A program made the position numbers and the translations under genes. Positions 12,208-26,285 of a stretch of DNA of 64,000 nt are shown piece by piece (positions within the stretch are counted from its first letter, which is position 1; the number at the start of each line of letters is the position of its first letter). The stretch covers positions 1 to 64,000 of the forward strand of contig MU008166.1 in assembly GCA_010909165.1 (NCBI GenBank). Reading direction: 5' to 3'. The stretch comes from Anthoceros angustus. Taxonomy: Eukaryota; Plantae; Anthocerotophyta. The notes under the pieces are model-generated. The model did not search any database, had not been told where the DNA came from, and saw only the letters and a list, made by a program, of their open reading frames with translations.

Positions 12208-15200
12208 TGTCACATCACTTGATCGCACCAAGAAGTTCCAAGACCCCACGACGTAAAGGGCCAGCCAAACACAGATTTTTCGCTTGCAGCCAGAGGGCCT
12301 GACACTCAGTGGTACTCCACACTCCATCGGACATACATGCCAAAGCGTAATGGTGTCGAATCGCTCTGTTCCCACCCGTTAGGGGTGCTAACCCCTTCAC
12401 GTCCCGTAGATAGGAAAACCCCGCTACTAACCAATCGATGCAAATAGACTGCACTGCCCAACAAGTGGATGTTCTTGGTCCGTAAGGACCGAGGTGTATA
12501 AAACCCACCAGAAATGAAAGCATCAGCCGATTCGAGGAGCACATCACGAGCCTGCCTCCCGCGGTCCTCGCATGGGTCAGAGCATCTTGGTATCGAGCCC
12601 CGCGATCTTCAACAATGATGGCTCACGGAGGGACCCAGACCATCACCATATGACACCGATCGCTCAAGACGAGGAGGAGCCAATCGCCATCGGCGTAGGG
12701 CGGCCCTGATTCTTCCCCGTCACCAAGACGACCGGACGCCACCCCACTCCGGACGCCTTCCCTCCAGACGGCCGAGACAATCCCAAAAGGCGTGACGCCT
12801 CGCTGCCGCCCCGTCCGGGCCACGAGGATCCATGTGATCCCACCATCCCGAGGTGGAGTCCGAGTACCACACGTAATCCTCGGCTGGGCCGACTAAAGCT
12901 CCCGAGCCCGCCGAGCTCCTCCCGCAAAGACTGCCGACACAACGCCAAGGACGCCGAGGCCTCGATCCCCGGACACGCAGAGGCCGCCACGCCCCCGGCC
13001 CCTCGGATGTAGAAGACACAGAATTGAGGCCGCCCGCAAGGAGCGACGCCGCCGCCGCCAGAAACCGAAAAGTAGCCATGGAGTCGGCCTCACCCGCCGC
13101 CGAATCTCGGCGGTCCGGGTCAGCCGGAGCGCCAGGATGGCTTGCGCACGGGCACCGTCTCGCAGAGGAAGCGCGACGGTGGATCCCGCCTCCATGCCAT
13201 CACCGCGCCACGAGCCCGATCGGAGCCGCGCCAAGAGGTACTCCGGATCCGCCCAAGCCCAACCGGCCAAGAATGAAAGAACGGCATCGGTGGTCATGTG
13301 GCAAGACGAAATGAGGAGGAGCAAACCTTGCGCCTGACAGAACCTCCTCCCCGTGAAAACAACAACAAGGACATCCGAAGGTAAGGAGGTCGCAGCCTCG
13401 AGAACGGGAGGCCTGTGGGGCCTACCAGAGCAACTCGAGTCCCAAGAGGACCGTCCTCGACCACCGATAAAGAATTACCAGTAAGATCGTAACCACGACC
13501 TTCAATGGAAACGAAAAGATGCACAAGCGGTTCATGATCGCGGACAAGTACCTCCTCACGGGAAGGACGACCCACCAAGATACACGCGTGATGTCACTGG
13601 AAGGGTACGCTGCATCTGGAGGCAAAAAAGCAAGTAGAATTGGGCATGGAAGCCCCATCTACTCGCCCTCCTTCCGAACACTTCCAACAATGAACATTAC
13701 CGGAAGATTCACCACACCAAGAAGAATATCGGATAAATCATACCAACCTTGGACATGCCTGACGAGGAATGTAAAATCGAGCTTCATCGATGGATCAAAT
13801 TCGACTTCGAGCCGACACAACTGCATACCGCACACCGGTCAAGCAATGAAAGCAACATTAATTACGGCAATAACAAGTACAAGCATGCCAACACCCAACA
13901 CAAGCCCAAATGGGGACAAGGCAAACGCGATGGAAAAGAAACCGACCTTCAAGCTGACCGAGGAGGAGCGAAGAAGTATCAGACAAACACATGTGCTTCA
14001 CATGTGCCTCCACCGACCACGGTCGGTCATGCCCACACCGCCGACTTCATCAATCGGCTCAAAGAGACGGCGACCACCCGCCTCGGACTGGAGGTAAGCC
14101 CAAGAGCAACTGGGGGGTCAAGATCGAGGAGATCGAGGAACCCCAAATCACCGCTGCGCGTGTCGGCCAAACCTCCGACTCACGCCGACTTCCCAACTCG
14201 CCCCACATACCGATCAAGATGCCAAGAAGCATCGAGGAGAGCGGCAATGACGCCGACTCGTGGAGCCAGCCCACCATTTCATCTCGCAGCGGCCAACCGC
14301 AGTATCCATCAGTGACACCGGACGAGTGTCGACGGTGGTCACCGCTACAACGGCAAGGAGACCGACAAGGAGTGAGCGCCACCGCCACCGTGGTTTTTCC
14401 CGAGGGCACCAAGAGGAACTGGAGTTCATGGGCCCGCCTTTGCCACGATCTCATCGCGGCAAACCGTGGCTTGCCCACCACCCAAGCACCGCAAATTGAC
14501 CGGGCACACAACACTATAGTGCCTGGGTGGCACCTAATATGTCATGCGTGATGTATACATCCCCGACAAATTGTTGTTTGCGTGATCGGCCCTCAAAGCA
14601 TCCGCGAAGGCCATCACGCTGGGGAAAGACGCCAAGAGGTACTCCGGATCCGCCCAAGCCCAACCGGCCAAGAATGAAAGAACGGCATCGGTGGTCATGT
14701 GGCAAGACGAAATGAGGAGGAGCAAACCTTGCGCCTGACAGAACCTCCTCCCCGTGAAAACAACAACAAGGACATCCGAAGGTAAGGAGGTCGCAGCCTC
14801 GAGAACGGGAGGCCTGTGGGGCCTACCAGAGCAACTCGAGTCCCAAGAGGACCGTCCTCGACCACCGATAAAGAATTACCAGTAAGATCGTAACCACGAC
14901 CTTCAATGGAAACGAAAAGATGCACAAGCGGTTCATGATCGCGGACAAGTACCTCCTCACGGGAAGGACGACCCACCAAGATACACGCGTGATGTCACTG
15001 GAAGGGTACGCTGCATCTGGAGGCAAAAAAGCAAGTAGAATTGGGCATGGAAGCCCCATCTACTCGCCCTCCTTCCGAACACTTCCAACAATGAACATTA
15101 CCGGAAGATTCACCACACCAAGAAGAATATCGGATAAATCATACCAACCTTGGACATGCCTGACGAGGAATGTAAAATCGAGCTTCATCGATGGATCAAA

Positions 15201-18200
15201 TTCGACTTCGAGCCGACACAACTGCATACCGCACACCGGTCAAGCAATGAAAGCAACATTAATTACGGCAATAACAAGTACAAGCATGCCAACACCCAAC
15301 ACAAGCCCAAATGGGGACAAGGCAAACGCGATGGAAAAGAAACCGACCTTCAAGCTGACCGAGGAGGAGCGAAGAAGTATCAGACAAACACATGTGCTTC
15401 ACATGTGCCTCCACCGACCACGGTCGGTCATGCCCACACCGCCGACTTCATCAATCGGCTCAAAGAGACGGCGACCACCCGCCTCGGACTGGAGGTAAGC
15501 CCAAGAGCAACTGGGGGGTCAAGATCGAGGAGATCGAGGAACCCCAAATCACCGCTGCGCGTGTCGGCCAAACCTCCGACTCACGCCGACTTCCCAACTC
15601 GCCCCACATACCGATCAAGATGCCAAGAAGCATCGAGGAGAGCGGCAATGACGCCGACTCGTGGAGCCAGCCCACCATTTCATCTCGCAGCGGCCAACCG
15701 CAGTATCCATCAGTGACACCGGACGAGTGTCGACGGTGGTCACCGCTACAACGGCAAGGAGACCGACAAGGAAATGTTAGCCATCATACACGCCACCAAG
15801 GTATGGCGCCACTACCTACTCGGCCAACATTTCACTTGCTTCATCGACCACCATTAAACTCTTTTTCACCCCTACTCAACGCACGACGGCTACCGGTCCG
15901 AACACTTAGCCGATTATGATATGGACATCAATCGTGGCGGGACCCTCCAGCGTCGTGGCGAGGCCTCGGCGGGAGGGCTGCACCTTGATGGTGACATACC
16001 GGAAACCTGCGCCAAGTTCGCAGTGCAAAGGACCCAAAATGGTGGTCGGTTTATCAGTGTTAGCGACACGCAAGCCGGCATACCCACTAGCCTCCCGCAG
16101 TCTACTCTATCAAGGACGCCAGGCCACGATCCGGACGCACAGAGGCCGCCACGACTCCCCGCCCCGGATGAGAAGACACAGAATTGAGGCCGCCCGCGGG
16201 CGAGCCACACGCCGCCGGCCAGAAAGCCGAGGCAGCCATGGAGCCCTCACCCGCCGAATCTCGGCGGTCCGGCACGAAGCCGGAGCGCCACCGATGGCTT
16301 GTTGTGCCATCGGCCTGTCTCCGCGCAAGAGGAAGCGGCGACGGTGGATCCCGCCTCCCATGCCATCACCCGACGAGCCCACCGGAGCCGGGCGCCAAGA
16401 GGTACTCCGGACCCGCCCCAAGAACCCAGACGTCAAGAATGAAAGAACGGCATCGGGCCGACGAGGAGGAGCAAACCTTGCGCACCGACGGTAAACCTCC
16501 TCGTGAAAACAACAACAAGGACATCCGGTAAGGTCAGCCTCGGCAGAGAATGGAGGCCTGTGGGTCGGGCCTACCAGAGCAACTCGAGTCCCAAGAGGAC
16601 TCGCCTCGACCAAGGCACCGATAAAGAATTACAGCAGTAAGATCGTAACCACGACCTTCAATGGAAACGAAAAGATGCACAAGCGGTTCATGACTGGACA
16701 AGTCGGACAAGTACCCGGAGAAGGAGGGACGACCAAGATACACCGCGTGATGTCGCTGAAGGGTACGCATCGCTGGTGGAGGCAGGAAAAGCAAGTAGAA
16801 TTGGGCATGGAAGCCCCATCTACTCGGCCCTCCTTCCGCCAAATCTTCCCGCCACCAACCACCGCGGAATCGATCCGCTCGAAGATTCACCAAGACTGCA
16901 AGAATATCGATAGCAATTTAACCTTGACATACGACGAGGAAGTAAAATCGAGCGCTTCATCGATGGATCAAATTCGACCTTCGAGCCGACGCCAACCGCA
17001 GGCACACTGGTCAAGCAATGAAAGCAGCGATTACGGCACGTACAATAAAGCATGCCAACACCCAACTGCAAGCCCAAATGGGGACAAGCGGCAAACGCGA
17101 TGGAAAAGAAACCGACCTTCAAGCTCTTGACCGAGGAGGAGCGGAAGAAGTATCAGACAAACACATGTGCTTCACATGTGCCTCCACCGACCACGGTCGG
17201 GTCATGCCCACACCGCCGACTTCATCACTCACCTACCTCGGACACGCTCCGGCAAGGGCATCGGTGATTGTCGACCGATTGTCAAGGTTTGCCACCTAGT
17301 CCCCACCACGTGATTGGCCGACCGGCCCGGATGTTTATCCGGAAGTGTTTGGTGCGCCCCGGAAAATATCGTGTCGGAGACACGAAGTTCACATCTCGAT
17401 TACGGAAGGCGTTCACGAGAATCCCTCGGGATCCGGCAACTCATGTCCACTGACTGCCACCCAGACGGTCGAGACGGAGAAGCACAACCAAGTCTCACGA
17501 AGACATGCTGCGCCACTTACGCCGGGAAAAACAAGGACATCCGGTAAGGTCAGCCTCGGCAGAGAATGGAGGCCTGTGGGTCGGGCCTACCAGAGCAACT
17601 CGAGTCCCAAGAGGACTCGCCTCGACCAAGGCACCGATAAAGAATTACAGCAGTAAGATCGTAACCACGACCTTCAATGGAAACGAAAAGATGCACAAGC
17701 GGTTCATGACTGGACAAGTCGGACAAGTACCCGGAGAAGGAGGGACGACCAAGATACACCGCGTGATGTCGCTGAAGGGTACGCATCGCTGGTGGAGGCA
17801 GGAAAAGCAAGTAGAATTGGGCATGGAAGCCCCATCTACTCGGCCCTCCTTCCGCCAAATCTTCCCGCCACCAACCACCGCGGAATCGATCCGCTCGAAG
17901 ATTCACCAAGACTGCAAGAATATCGATAGCAATTTAACCTTGACATACGACGAGGAAGTAAAATCGAGCGCTTCATCGATGGATCAAATTCGACCTTCGA
18001 GCCGACGCCAACCGCAGGCACACTGGTCAAGCAATGAAAGCAGCGATTACGGCACGTACAATAAAGCATGCCAACACCCAACTCAAGCCCAAATGGGGAC
18101 AAGCAAGAAACGCGATGGAAAAGAAACCGACCTTCAAGCTCTTGACCGAGGAGGAGCGGAAGAAGTATCAGACAAACACATGTGCTTCACATGTGCCTCC

Positions 18201-21200
18201 ACCGACCACGGTCGGGTCATGCCCACACCGCCGACTTCATCAATCGGCTCAAAGAGACGGGCGACCACCGCCTCGGGATGGAGGTAAGCCCAAGAGCAAC
18301 TGGGGTCAAGATCGAGGAGATCGAGGAACCCCAAATCACCGCTCGCGCGGGCAGTCGGCCAAACCTCACTCGCCTGACTTCCCAACCGTCCCACATACCG
18401 ATCAAGATGAAGCATCGAGGAGAGCGGGCAATCTGCCGGGACTCGTGAGCCCCACCATTTCATCTCGCAGCCCAACCGTAATCCCAGGGACACGGACGAG
18501 TGTCGGTGGTCACCGCTCAACGGCAAGGAGACCGACAAGGAGCGGAGCGCCACCGCCACCGTGGTTTTTCCCGGAGGGCACCAAGAGGAACGGAGTTCAG
18601 CCGTGCCGCCTTTGCCACGATCTCATCGCAAAACCGTGGCTTGCCCACCACCCAAGCACCGCAAATTGACCGGGCACACAACACTATAGTGCCTGGGTGG
18701 CACCTAATATGTCATGCGTGATGTATACATCCCGACAAATTGTTGTTTGCGTGATCGGCCCTCAATAAAGCTGCCGGCAACATATGTACATCGCCCAAGA
18801 GAGTCTTACCGGAGGGTACGGCAGCAGTCCCGCCACCGCCGACACGGAGGTCGCACTCCGTGCCATGAAGGATCTCATGCACCGCCGACCGGCTCGAGCC
18901 GCCCATAACTTCCCCACGGTCCGTGGACCACGCCATCGAGCTTCGCACAAACCGTTAGTATACCGCCTTATCGCATGCTGCAGTAGCGAAGAAATCAAGA
19001 GGCGTGGATGAACTCATGCAGGGCTTCGCTCGCCCTGTCGCCTTGGCACCCGTGATGTGGTGGCCAAACCCGACATGGAGGTTGTGCGCCGACACGGCCC
19101 GAATAAGGCCATCGTGAACGCAGGTCGATGCCCGTAATCGGCGAGATTCGACCAACCCATGGGGACACATTTCACCAAGATCGACCGAGGTTTTACCAGA
19201 TTTAATCCGGAAGGCGAACACAAGACCGCCTTCCGACAAGGCACGCCACTCGAGTGGGTCGTTATGGCGCTCGGCTCACTAACGCCCCGCCACCTCCGGC
19301 CCGGAGGACACCACTACTCGGCCTCGGCATCTCATCGGACCCATGGGACCGATGCAGAGGCCGCGTCTCATCGGGCCCTAACCCTCTTCATCCGCCCCAT
19401 TGCTCCAGCCACGGCCCTCAATAGCATGCCCGGCAAGTATGTACATCGCCCGCCAAGAGAGTCTTACTGGAGGGTACGGCAGAGTCCCGCCACTCAGCCG
19501 CCGAGGTCGCACTTCCGCAGCCATGAAGGATCGCTGCACTCGCCGACGGCTCGAGCCGCCCAACAACTTCCCCACGCCCCCGTGGACCACGCCATCGAGC
19601 TCGCCCGCACAAACCGTTAGTATACCGCCTTATCGCACGGCCGCAGCGAAGAAATCAAGAGGCGTGGATGAACTCTTACACAGGGCTTCGCTCGCCCTGT
19701 CGCCTTCGCACCCGTGATGTGGGCCAAACCCGACCAGGAGGTTGTGCGTCGATGCCCCAATAAGGCAACCATCGTGAACGTACGATGCCCGTAATCGATG
19801 AGACGGACCAACCCATGGGACACGTTACTTCACCAAGATCGACGAGGTCGTGGTTTTACCAGATCGAATCCGGAAGGCGATGAACACAAGACCGCCTTCC
19901 GCACAAGGCACCACTCGAGTGGGTCGTTATGGCGCTCGGCTCACTAACGCCCCGCCACCTTCCAAAGGTCTCATGCAGAGATCCCGAGGCCGCCACCACG
20001 GGTGGAGGTCTTTCGACGACATCCTAATCTACACAAGCCAGAGGAACACCACGCTTATTCCAGAGTCATGGAACTCCTTCAAGCATAATCTCCTGCAAAG
20101 AAGCAAGGCGCCTTTATGCGGGAAAATGCGAATACCTGGGCACATCATCTGCGCCGACGATCTCACGACACCCGCAAAACCAAGTATTATGGAGTGGCCC
20201 TTCCAATGACGTGACCAAGCGAGGCTTCCTCGCATGGCGGTGTTTCTACCGCAGTTCGTCCTGCACTTCACGAATTGCCATGCCACCGATGAGGCCCTCA
20301 AAGCATCCGTAAGGCCATCACGCTGGGGAAAGACGCCAAGAGGCCTTCTCTCTCTGAACGCCTCTCAAGACCGCCTCCCGTCTGCTGTATGACCCGCACT
20401 AGGCACACGGACATCAGCTATTGGGGCCGTGTTGTCCCAAAACGGTGGTCATCGCCACGAGTCTCAGAGATGTGCACAACGAACTTCATGCAGCGACAAG
20501 GAAATGTTAGCCATCATACACGCCACCAAGGTATGGCGCCACTACTCGGCCAACATTTCACTTGCTTCACCGACCACCATTCACATGCACTTTTTCAACC
20601 ACTACTCAACGCACGCTACCGGTCCGAACACTTAGCCGATTATGATATGGACATCAAACGTGACGGGACCCTCCAACGCCGTGGGGCGACGGCCGGCGGA
20701 GGGCCCGCACCTTGATGGTGACATACCGGAAACCTCGCGCCAAGTTCGCAGTGCAAAGGACCCAAAATGGTGGTCCTTTATCAACAGTGTTAGCGACACG
20801 CAAGCCGGATACCCACTAGCCTCCCAGTCTACTCTATCAAGGACGCAAAACCAGACGGAAGGGCCATTGGTCATACCAACCCAAATGACCCAACTCCGAC
20901 GCCATCATCCTACACGACCGCACGACACCGATCTCGTGGACACCAGATCGACAAAACTTATGCGAGGGTCAAGCAAAGATTACCATTGGGAGGACATGCA
21001 GATGTCATAGCATGGGTCCGCCTCGCACCTCCCGCCAACAGTCAAACCCGAGCATCGAAACTCCCGGTCAGCAACCCTTACAGATCTCTTGGCGATTTCA
21101 CCATCTCCATGGACTTCATCACTCACCTACCTGACACGCCCGCAAGGAGATCCGGGTGATTGTCACCGATTGTCCAAGGTTTGCCACCTAGTCCCCACCA

Positions 21201-24200
21201 TGCCTACGCTGCCAAGAACCGCCTGATGTTTATCCGGAAGTGTTTCTACCGCATGGCGCCTCAAAAGTGTGTCCGGCGAGACACGGTTCACATCTCGCCT
21301 GAAGACGCTCACGTAATCCTCGATCCGCAACTCATGTCCACACCGCCACCCCGAGACGGCCGATTGAGAAGCACAACCAAGTCTCTCAAGACATGGTGTC
21401 AACCACGGATCCGCATGAGTTCCCAATCCAAGTGATCTTGCAGACAATCCATGATGGAGCTTCCACTTTCACAAATCTCCCAAGCTTGCGATGCACCTTG
21501 ACGGCCTTCCATACACTTCGGATGTGTTGGGCTGTCCAACACCTGGATCGCCTTGCATCCCTATCCTCCGGCCTCAAGTTCCTCTTCCCCGGCTCCTAGC
21601 AACAACTTGCTTCTTAGGTGCGCCACCATCTTGTACCTTCAAAATAATCGCACAAACCGTTAGTATACCGCCTTATCGCACGGTGCTGCGTAGCGAAGAA
21701 ATCAAGAGGCGTGGATGAACTCTTACAGCAGCTTCTCGCCCTGTCGCCTTCGGCACCCGTGACAATGGCCAAACCCGACGTGGAGGTTGTGCCGATTACG
21801 CCAATAAGGCAACCATCGAACGCAGATGCCCGTAATCGGCGAGATCGACCAACCCATGGACCATTTCACCAAGATCGACCGAGGTCGTGGTTTTACCGCA
21901 TCGTAATCCGGAAGGCGATGACAAGACCGCCACAAGTGGGTCGCATGGCGCTCGGCTCACCAACGCCCCGCCACCTTCCAAAGGTCTCATGCAAGAGATC
22001 CCGAGGCCGCCGCCACGGGTGGAGGTCTTTCCGACGACATCTACACAAGGGCCCAGGGAACACTACCGCTATTCCGAGTCATGGAACTCCTTCGAAGCAT
22101 AATCTCGCAAAAGAAGCAAGCGCCTTTATGCGGTGAAAATGCGGGCACATCATCGGCCGACGTATCTCACGACACCAAAACCAAGGCGATTATGGAGTGG
22201 CCCTTCCAACGACGTGACCACCGGGCGAGGCCTCGGCATGGCGTGTTTCTACCGCAGTTCGCCTGAATTTTAACGAATTGCCATGCCACCGACAGAGGCC
22301 CTCAAAGCATCCTGAAGGCCATCACGCTGGGGAAAGACGCCAAGAGGCCTTCTCTCTCCGAACGGCCTCAAGACCGCCTCCGCCCTTGTGGCGGACCGCG
22401 CAGCCCCCACACACACGACGCCTCGATCAGTAGCCGTGTTGTCCCAAAACGGCAGGTCATCGCCACGAGTCCCAGAGCTGGTGGTACAACGAATCACGCT
22501 GCACGACAAGGAAATGTTAGCCATCATACACGCCACCAAGGTATGGCGCCACTACCTACTCGGCCAACATTTCACTTGCTTCATCGACCACCATTCGATA
22601 CTTTTTCAACCACCTACTCAACGCATCGCACCGGGTCCGAACACTTAGCCGATTATGATATGGACATCAAATACGCGTGACGGACCCTCCAACGCCGTGG
22701 CAGACGCTGGCCAGCAGGAGGGCCTGCACCTTGATGGTGACACATTGGAAACTGCGCCAAGTTCGCGCAGCCTCGCCAAAGGACCCAAAATGGTGGTCGC
22801 TTTATCAGTGTGTTAGCAGACACGCAAGCCGGCATACCCACTAGCCTCCCGCAGTCTACTCTATCAAGGACGCAAACTCAGATCGGAAGGGCCATTTGGT
22901 CATACCAACCCACCGACCCAACTCCGACGGCCATCCTACACGACCGACGGCCGATCTCGGGACACCTCGATCGACAAAACTTATGCGAGGGTCACAAAGA
23001 TTACCATTGGGAGGACATGCGCAGATGTCATAGCATGGGTCCGCTCCCGCACCTCCCGCCAACAGTCAAACCCGAGCATCGAAACTCCCGGCCGCAACCC
23101 TTACAGATCCCGCTTGGCGATTTCACCATCTCCATGGACTTCATCACTCACCTACCTCGGACACGCTCCAAGGATGATCCGGGTGATTGTCGACCGATTG
23201 TCCAAGGTTTGCCACCTAGTTGTCACCTCGGTTTACACACAATTGCGATTTCTTCACTCGCCACATAAAATCCACCAAGAGCAACTTCAGCCCTTTTCCA
23301 CTTACCGCAACATCCGAATCCGTGATGGAGCCTACATCACATTTTACAATCAAGGCGTGATAGCCTATAGATTTGAAGTAAAAATAAAAAAACAATTAAC
23401 TCACTATTCTAATCCGCAATCTATCTCTAGATGTCATACCAACCCAAATGACCCAACTCCGACGCCATCATCCTACACGACCGCACGACACCGATCTCGT
23501 GGACACCAGATCGACAAAACTTATGCGAGGGTCAAGCAAAGATTACCATTGGGAGGACATGCAGATGTCATAGCATGGGTCCGCCTCGCACCTCCCGCCA
23601 ACAGTCAAACCCGAGCATCGAAACTCCCGGTCAGCAACCCTTACAGATCTCTTGGCGATTTCACCATCTCCATGGACTTCATCACTCACCTACCTGACAC
23701 GCCCGCAAGGAGATCCGGGTGATTGTCACCGATTGTCCAAGGTTTGCCACCTAGTCCCCACCATGCCTACGCTGCCAAGAACCGCCTGATGTTTATCCGG
23801 AAGTGTTTCTACCGCATGGCGCCTCAAAAGTGTGTCCGGCGAGACACGGTTCACATCTCGCCTGAAGACGCTCACGTAATCCTCGATCCGCAACTCATGT
23901 CCACACCGCCACCCCGAGACGGCCGATTGAGAAGCACAACCAAGTCTCTCAAGACATGCCGCGCCACTTCGCCAGAAAACAAGGACGGTGGGAGGAGCTT
24001 TTACCTCTTATGGAGCCAGATAACCTCCAAGCATGCCGCAACCGAGTCGCCTTCAAGCTCTTGTATGGTGAATGCCCACCACCTGGCCTCGCCCTCCTCC
24101 CAACGCCAATGGCAAAGCGCCGAACTCACGGAGGATGTGTTTCACAAGTTCATGAGGCACGCAAGAAGTAGTGATGTACAAGCATGTCGACAAGGACGCC

Positions 24201-24370
24201 CATCTCTTACCAGTTGGACAGATGGTGTGGCTTCGATGAAGCCCCATAGGTATCCTCTCTGCGTGTCTCGCAAGCTCGCTGCATCGGCCAGGGTCCTTTC
24301 CCATCACCCGATCAACCCGGCCGATATCGCTTGGGCTTGCAGACCGGAAGATGTGCTTGACGCTCCATGT
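12208..24370 (+). mobile_element. Scrambled, partly duplicated Ty3/gypsy (chromovirus-like) element: LTR 12208-12584, gag, PR, RT, RNase H, integrase
   Basis: RT motifs FTKID..GF, EHKTAF, LTNAP, FDDILIY at 19.1-20.2 and 21.7-22.2 kb. RNase H DKEMLAIIHATKVWRHYLLGQHFTCFIDH at 20.4-20.6 and 22.4-22.6 kb. Integrase ISMDFITHLP..VIVDRLSK at 21.1 and 23.1-24.3 kb. The RT-RH-INT order is gypsy-type. Heavily frameshifted; no 3' LTR seen. Confidence 0.9.
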
Positions 24371-25702
24371 CTCTATGCTAAGGTCATATGATGAAAATTG
24401 AGAAGAAGCTTTAGGTGTTGCAATTACAAGCGTGACGATATAACATAAGGTACGATCAAGTACCGTGACCGTGTTTGGTGTTGAGTCTTATGACTTATGA
24501 CCGTATGAAAAAGTAGTTGAGGGCACGGACGGGTAAGCATGCACCGGATGGAAGGTCGAAATGCCCGCCGATGGCAAAGGCCCGAGCTGCGGCAATCGCT
24601 TTTGCTTGCATGCCGTGAGATTGAAGTCCCCTATCTACTCGGATGGAGGAGGATTTTACGGACCAAGAAATGTGAGCTTCAAGGCGCTTTCTTCGTGGCG
24701 TCTTCTTCCTCCCTCATGGATGTTTGCATGCTCGTTGAAGAAATGGATCATGCATCTTCTGTTGGGATTGATCCGCTGCGCCTCCTTTTGTGAGACCTGC
24801 AGAGGTGGAACAAAATTTCTTTCAATTCAATTCAAATTAGTTGTGGCAAGAGGTGGCGGTGAGAAGCTTGTGCTCTTGCCCTCGTTGAGGTGGATTGGGA
24901 GCGTCGCCATGCCAAGGGGATGTGTATACTATTGGGCCAATTCTCTCGACGCCTCCTTGTTGCCGCTAGGAAGGCCTGCGCGATCTCCGCGACAAGAAAA
25001 CCTCGCAGGCCTCCGATCCTAATTTCTCAAGCCGATGAACATTGTGTACGCCGCGTCCTTCCTCGTTGATAAGCTATAGCAACGCTTGACGAGCTCTTCT
25101 CGCAGAGTGCGGATGATGGGATGGACCCATTCATGGCTCCTTCTAAGATGTCGGGTCCGTGATTCACGCCAAGAACGCGCTCTCCTTAGTTAGCTCGTTG
25201 GTATAGTTTTTTTCATGCTTAATTCCACCGCCTTTGACTAAAGGGCGATGCATACTCGAACTCACAATATAATCTGATTTATTTTTTCTCGCAAAACATG
25301 CTAAGATCACTTAGAGAGGCTTGCTATTAAATTTATTGTTCTCTAGCTGCAGAGTTCTATTCCCTGTAGAATTAGTTATGACATTGAAATAGTCACTAGT
25401 GAGAATCATTCTAGGTAGAATGAGCTTATTCTAAATGGCGACAAAAAAAACAAAGCTCATTCTTTCCAAGAATCACTAGCAAAAATAAGAATGATGGAAG
25501 ATATTAATTTCAGTAATGTATATATACATATGTATATGCAATACGCTTGTAACCTAAATGTTACATATACTCATATCATTTTAAATAAAATTTGCATATA
25601 CACGCATACACGCTACCTACAAGCAAGCTTCCACCTTTAACTCAAAGCGCTTACAATTGTTTTTCAATGATAACCTCCGTATATCAATTCCACACAATCT
25701 AG

Positions 25703-26285
25703 CTACGGAGATGGAGAGGGTGCAAACATATTGTTAATCATGGAGTCTTGGCAGCACTTCCCATTGCACTCTACATGATCCGCCGGACATACTACAAATG
25801 GAGCGACATGATCCGGAGGTGGAGATGGAGCAGTGAACCACACAATGTTCCCCTGGTCTCCGGTTGGAAATATTCCCGAGTACATAACATAGATGGGGCA
25901 TCTCCTTTCGCTCACTTGGCATGAATTCAAATGCAAACTCATGATCCATTGGGGTGGAGCAAGTGCACATGGTGTCAACCACGGATCTCCGCATGAGTTC
26001 CCAATCCAAGTGATCTTGCACAATCCAGATGGAGCTTCCACTTTCACAAATCTCCCAAGCTTACGATGCACCTTGACGCCGCAACATCCGAATCCGTGAT
26101 GGAGCCTACATCACATTTTACAATCAAGTGATAGCCGCCTATAGATTTGAAGTAAAAATAAAAAACAATTAACTCACTATTCTAATCCGTGCAATCTATC
26201 TCTAGATGTCATACCATCGGATGCCCACCGCCACAATTGCCGCAATCCATAGGAAACATAACAAGATACACAAGGATGTCTTCAT
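25703..26285 (-). CDS. Putative secreted Cys/Pro-rich protein, array copy (frameshifted as assembled)
   Basis: ORF 25703..26071 gives the uninterrupted C-terminal part RCPIYVMYSGIFPTGDQGNIVWFTAPSPPPDHVAPFVVCPADHVECNGKCCQDSMINNMFAPSPSP*. Signal exon ATG at 26285. Confidence 0.55.
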
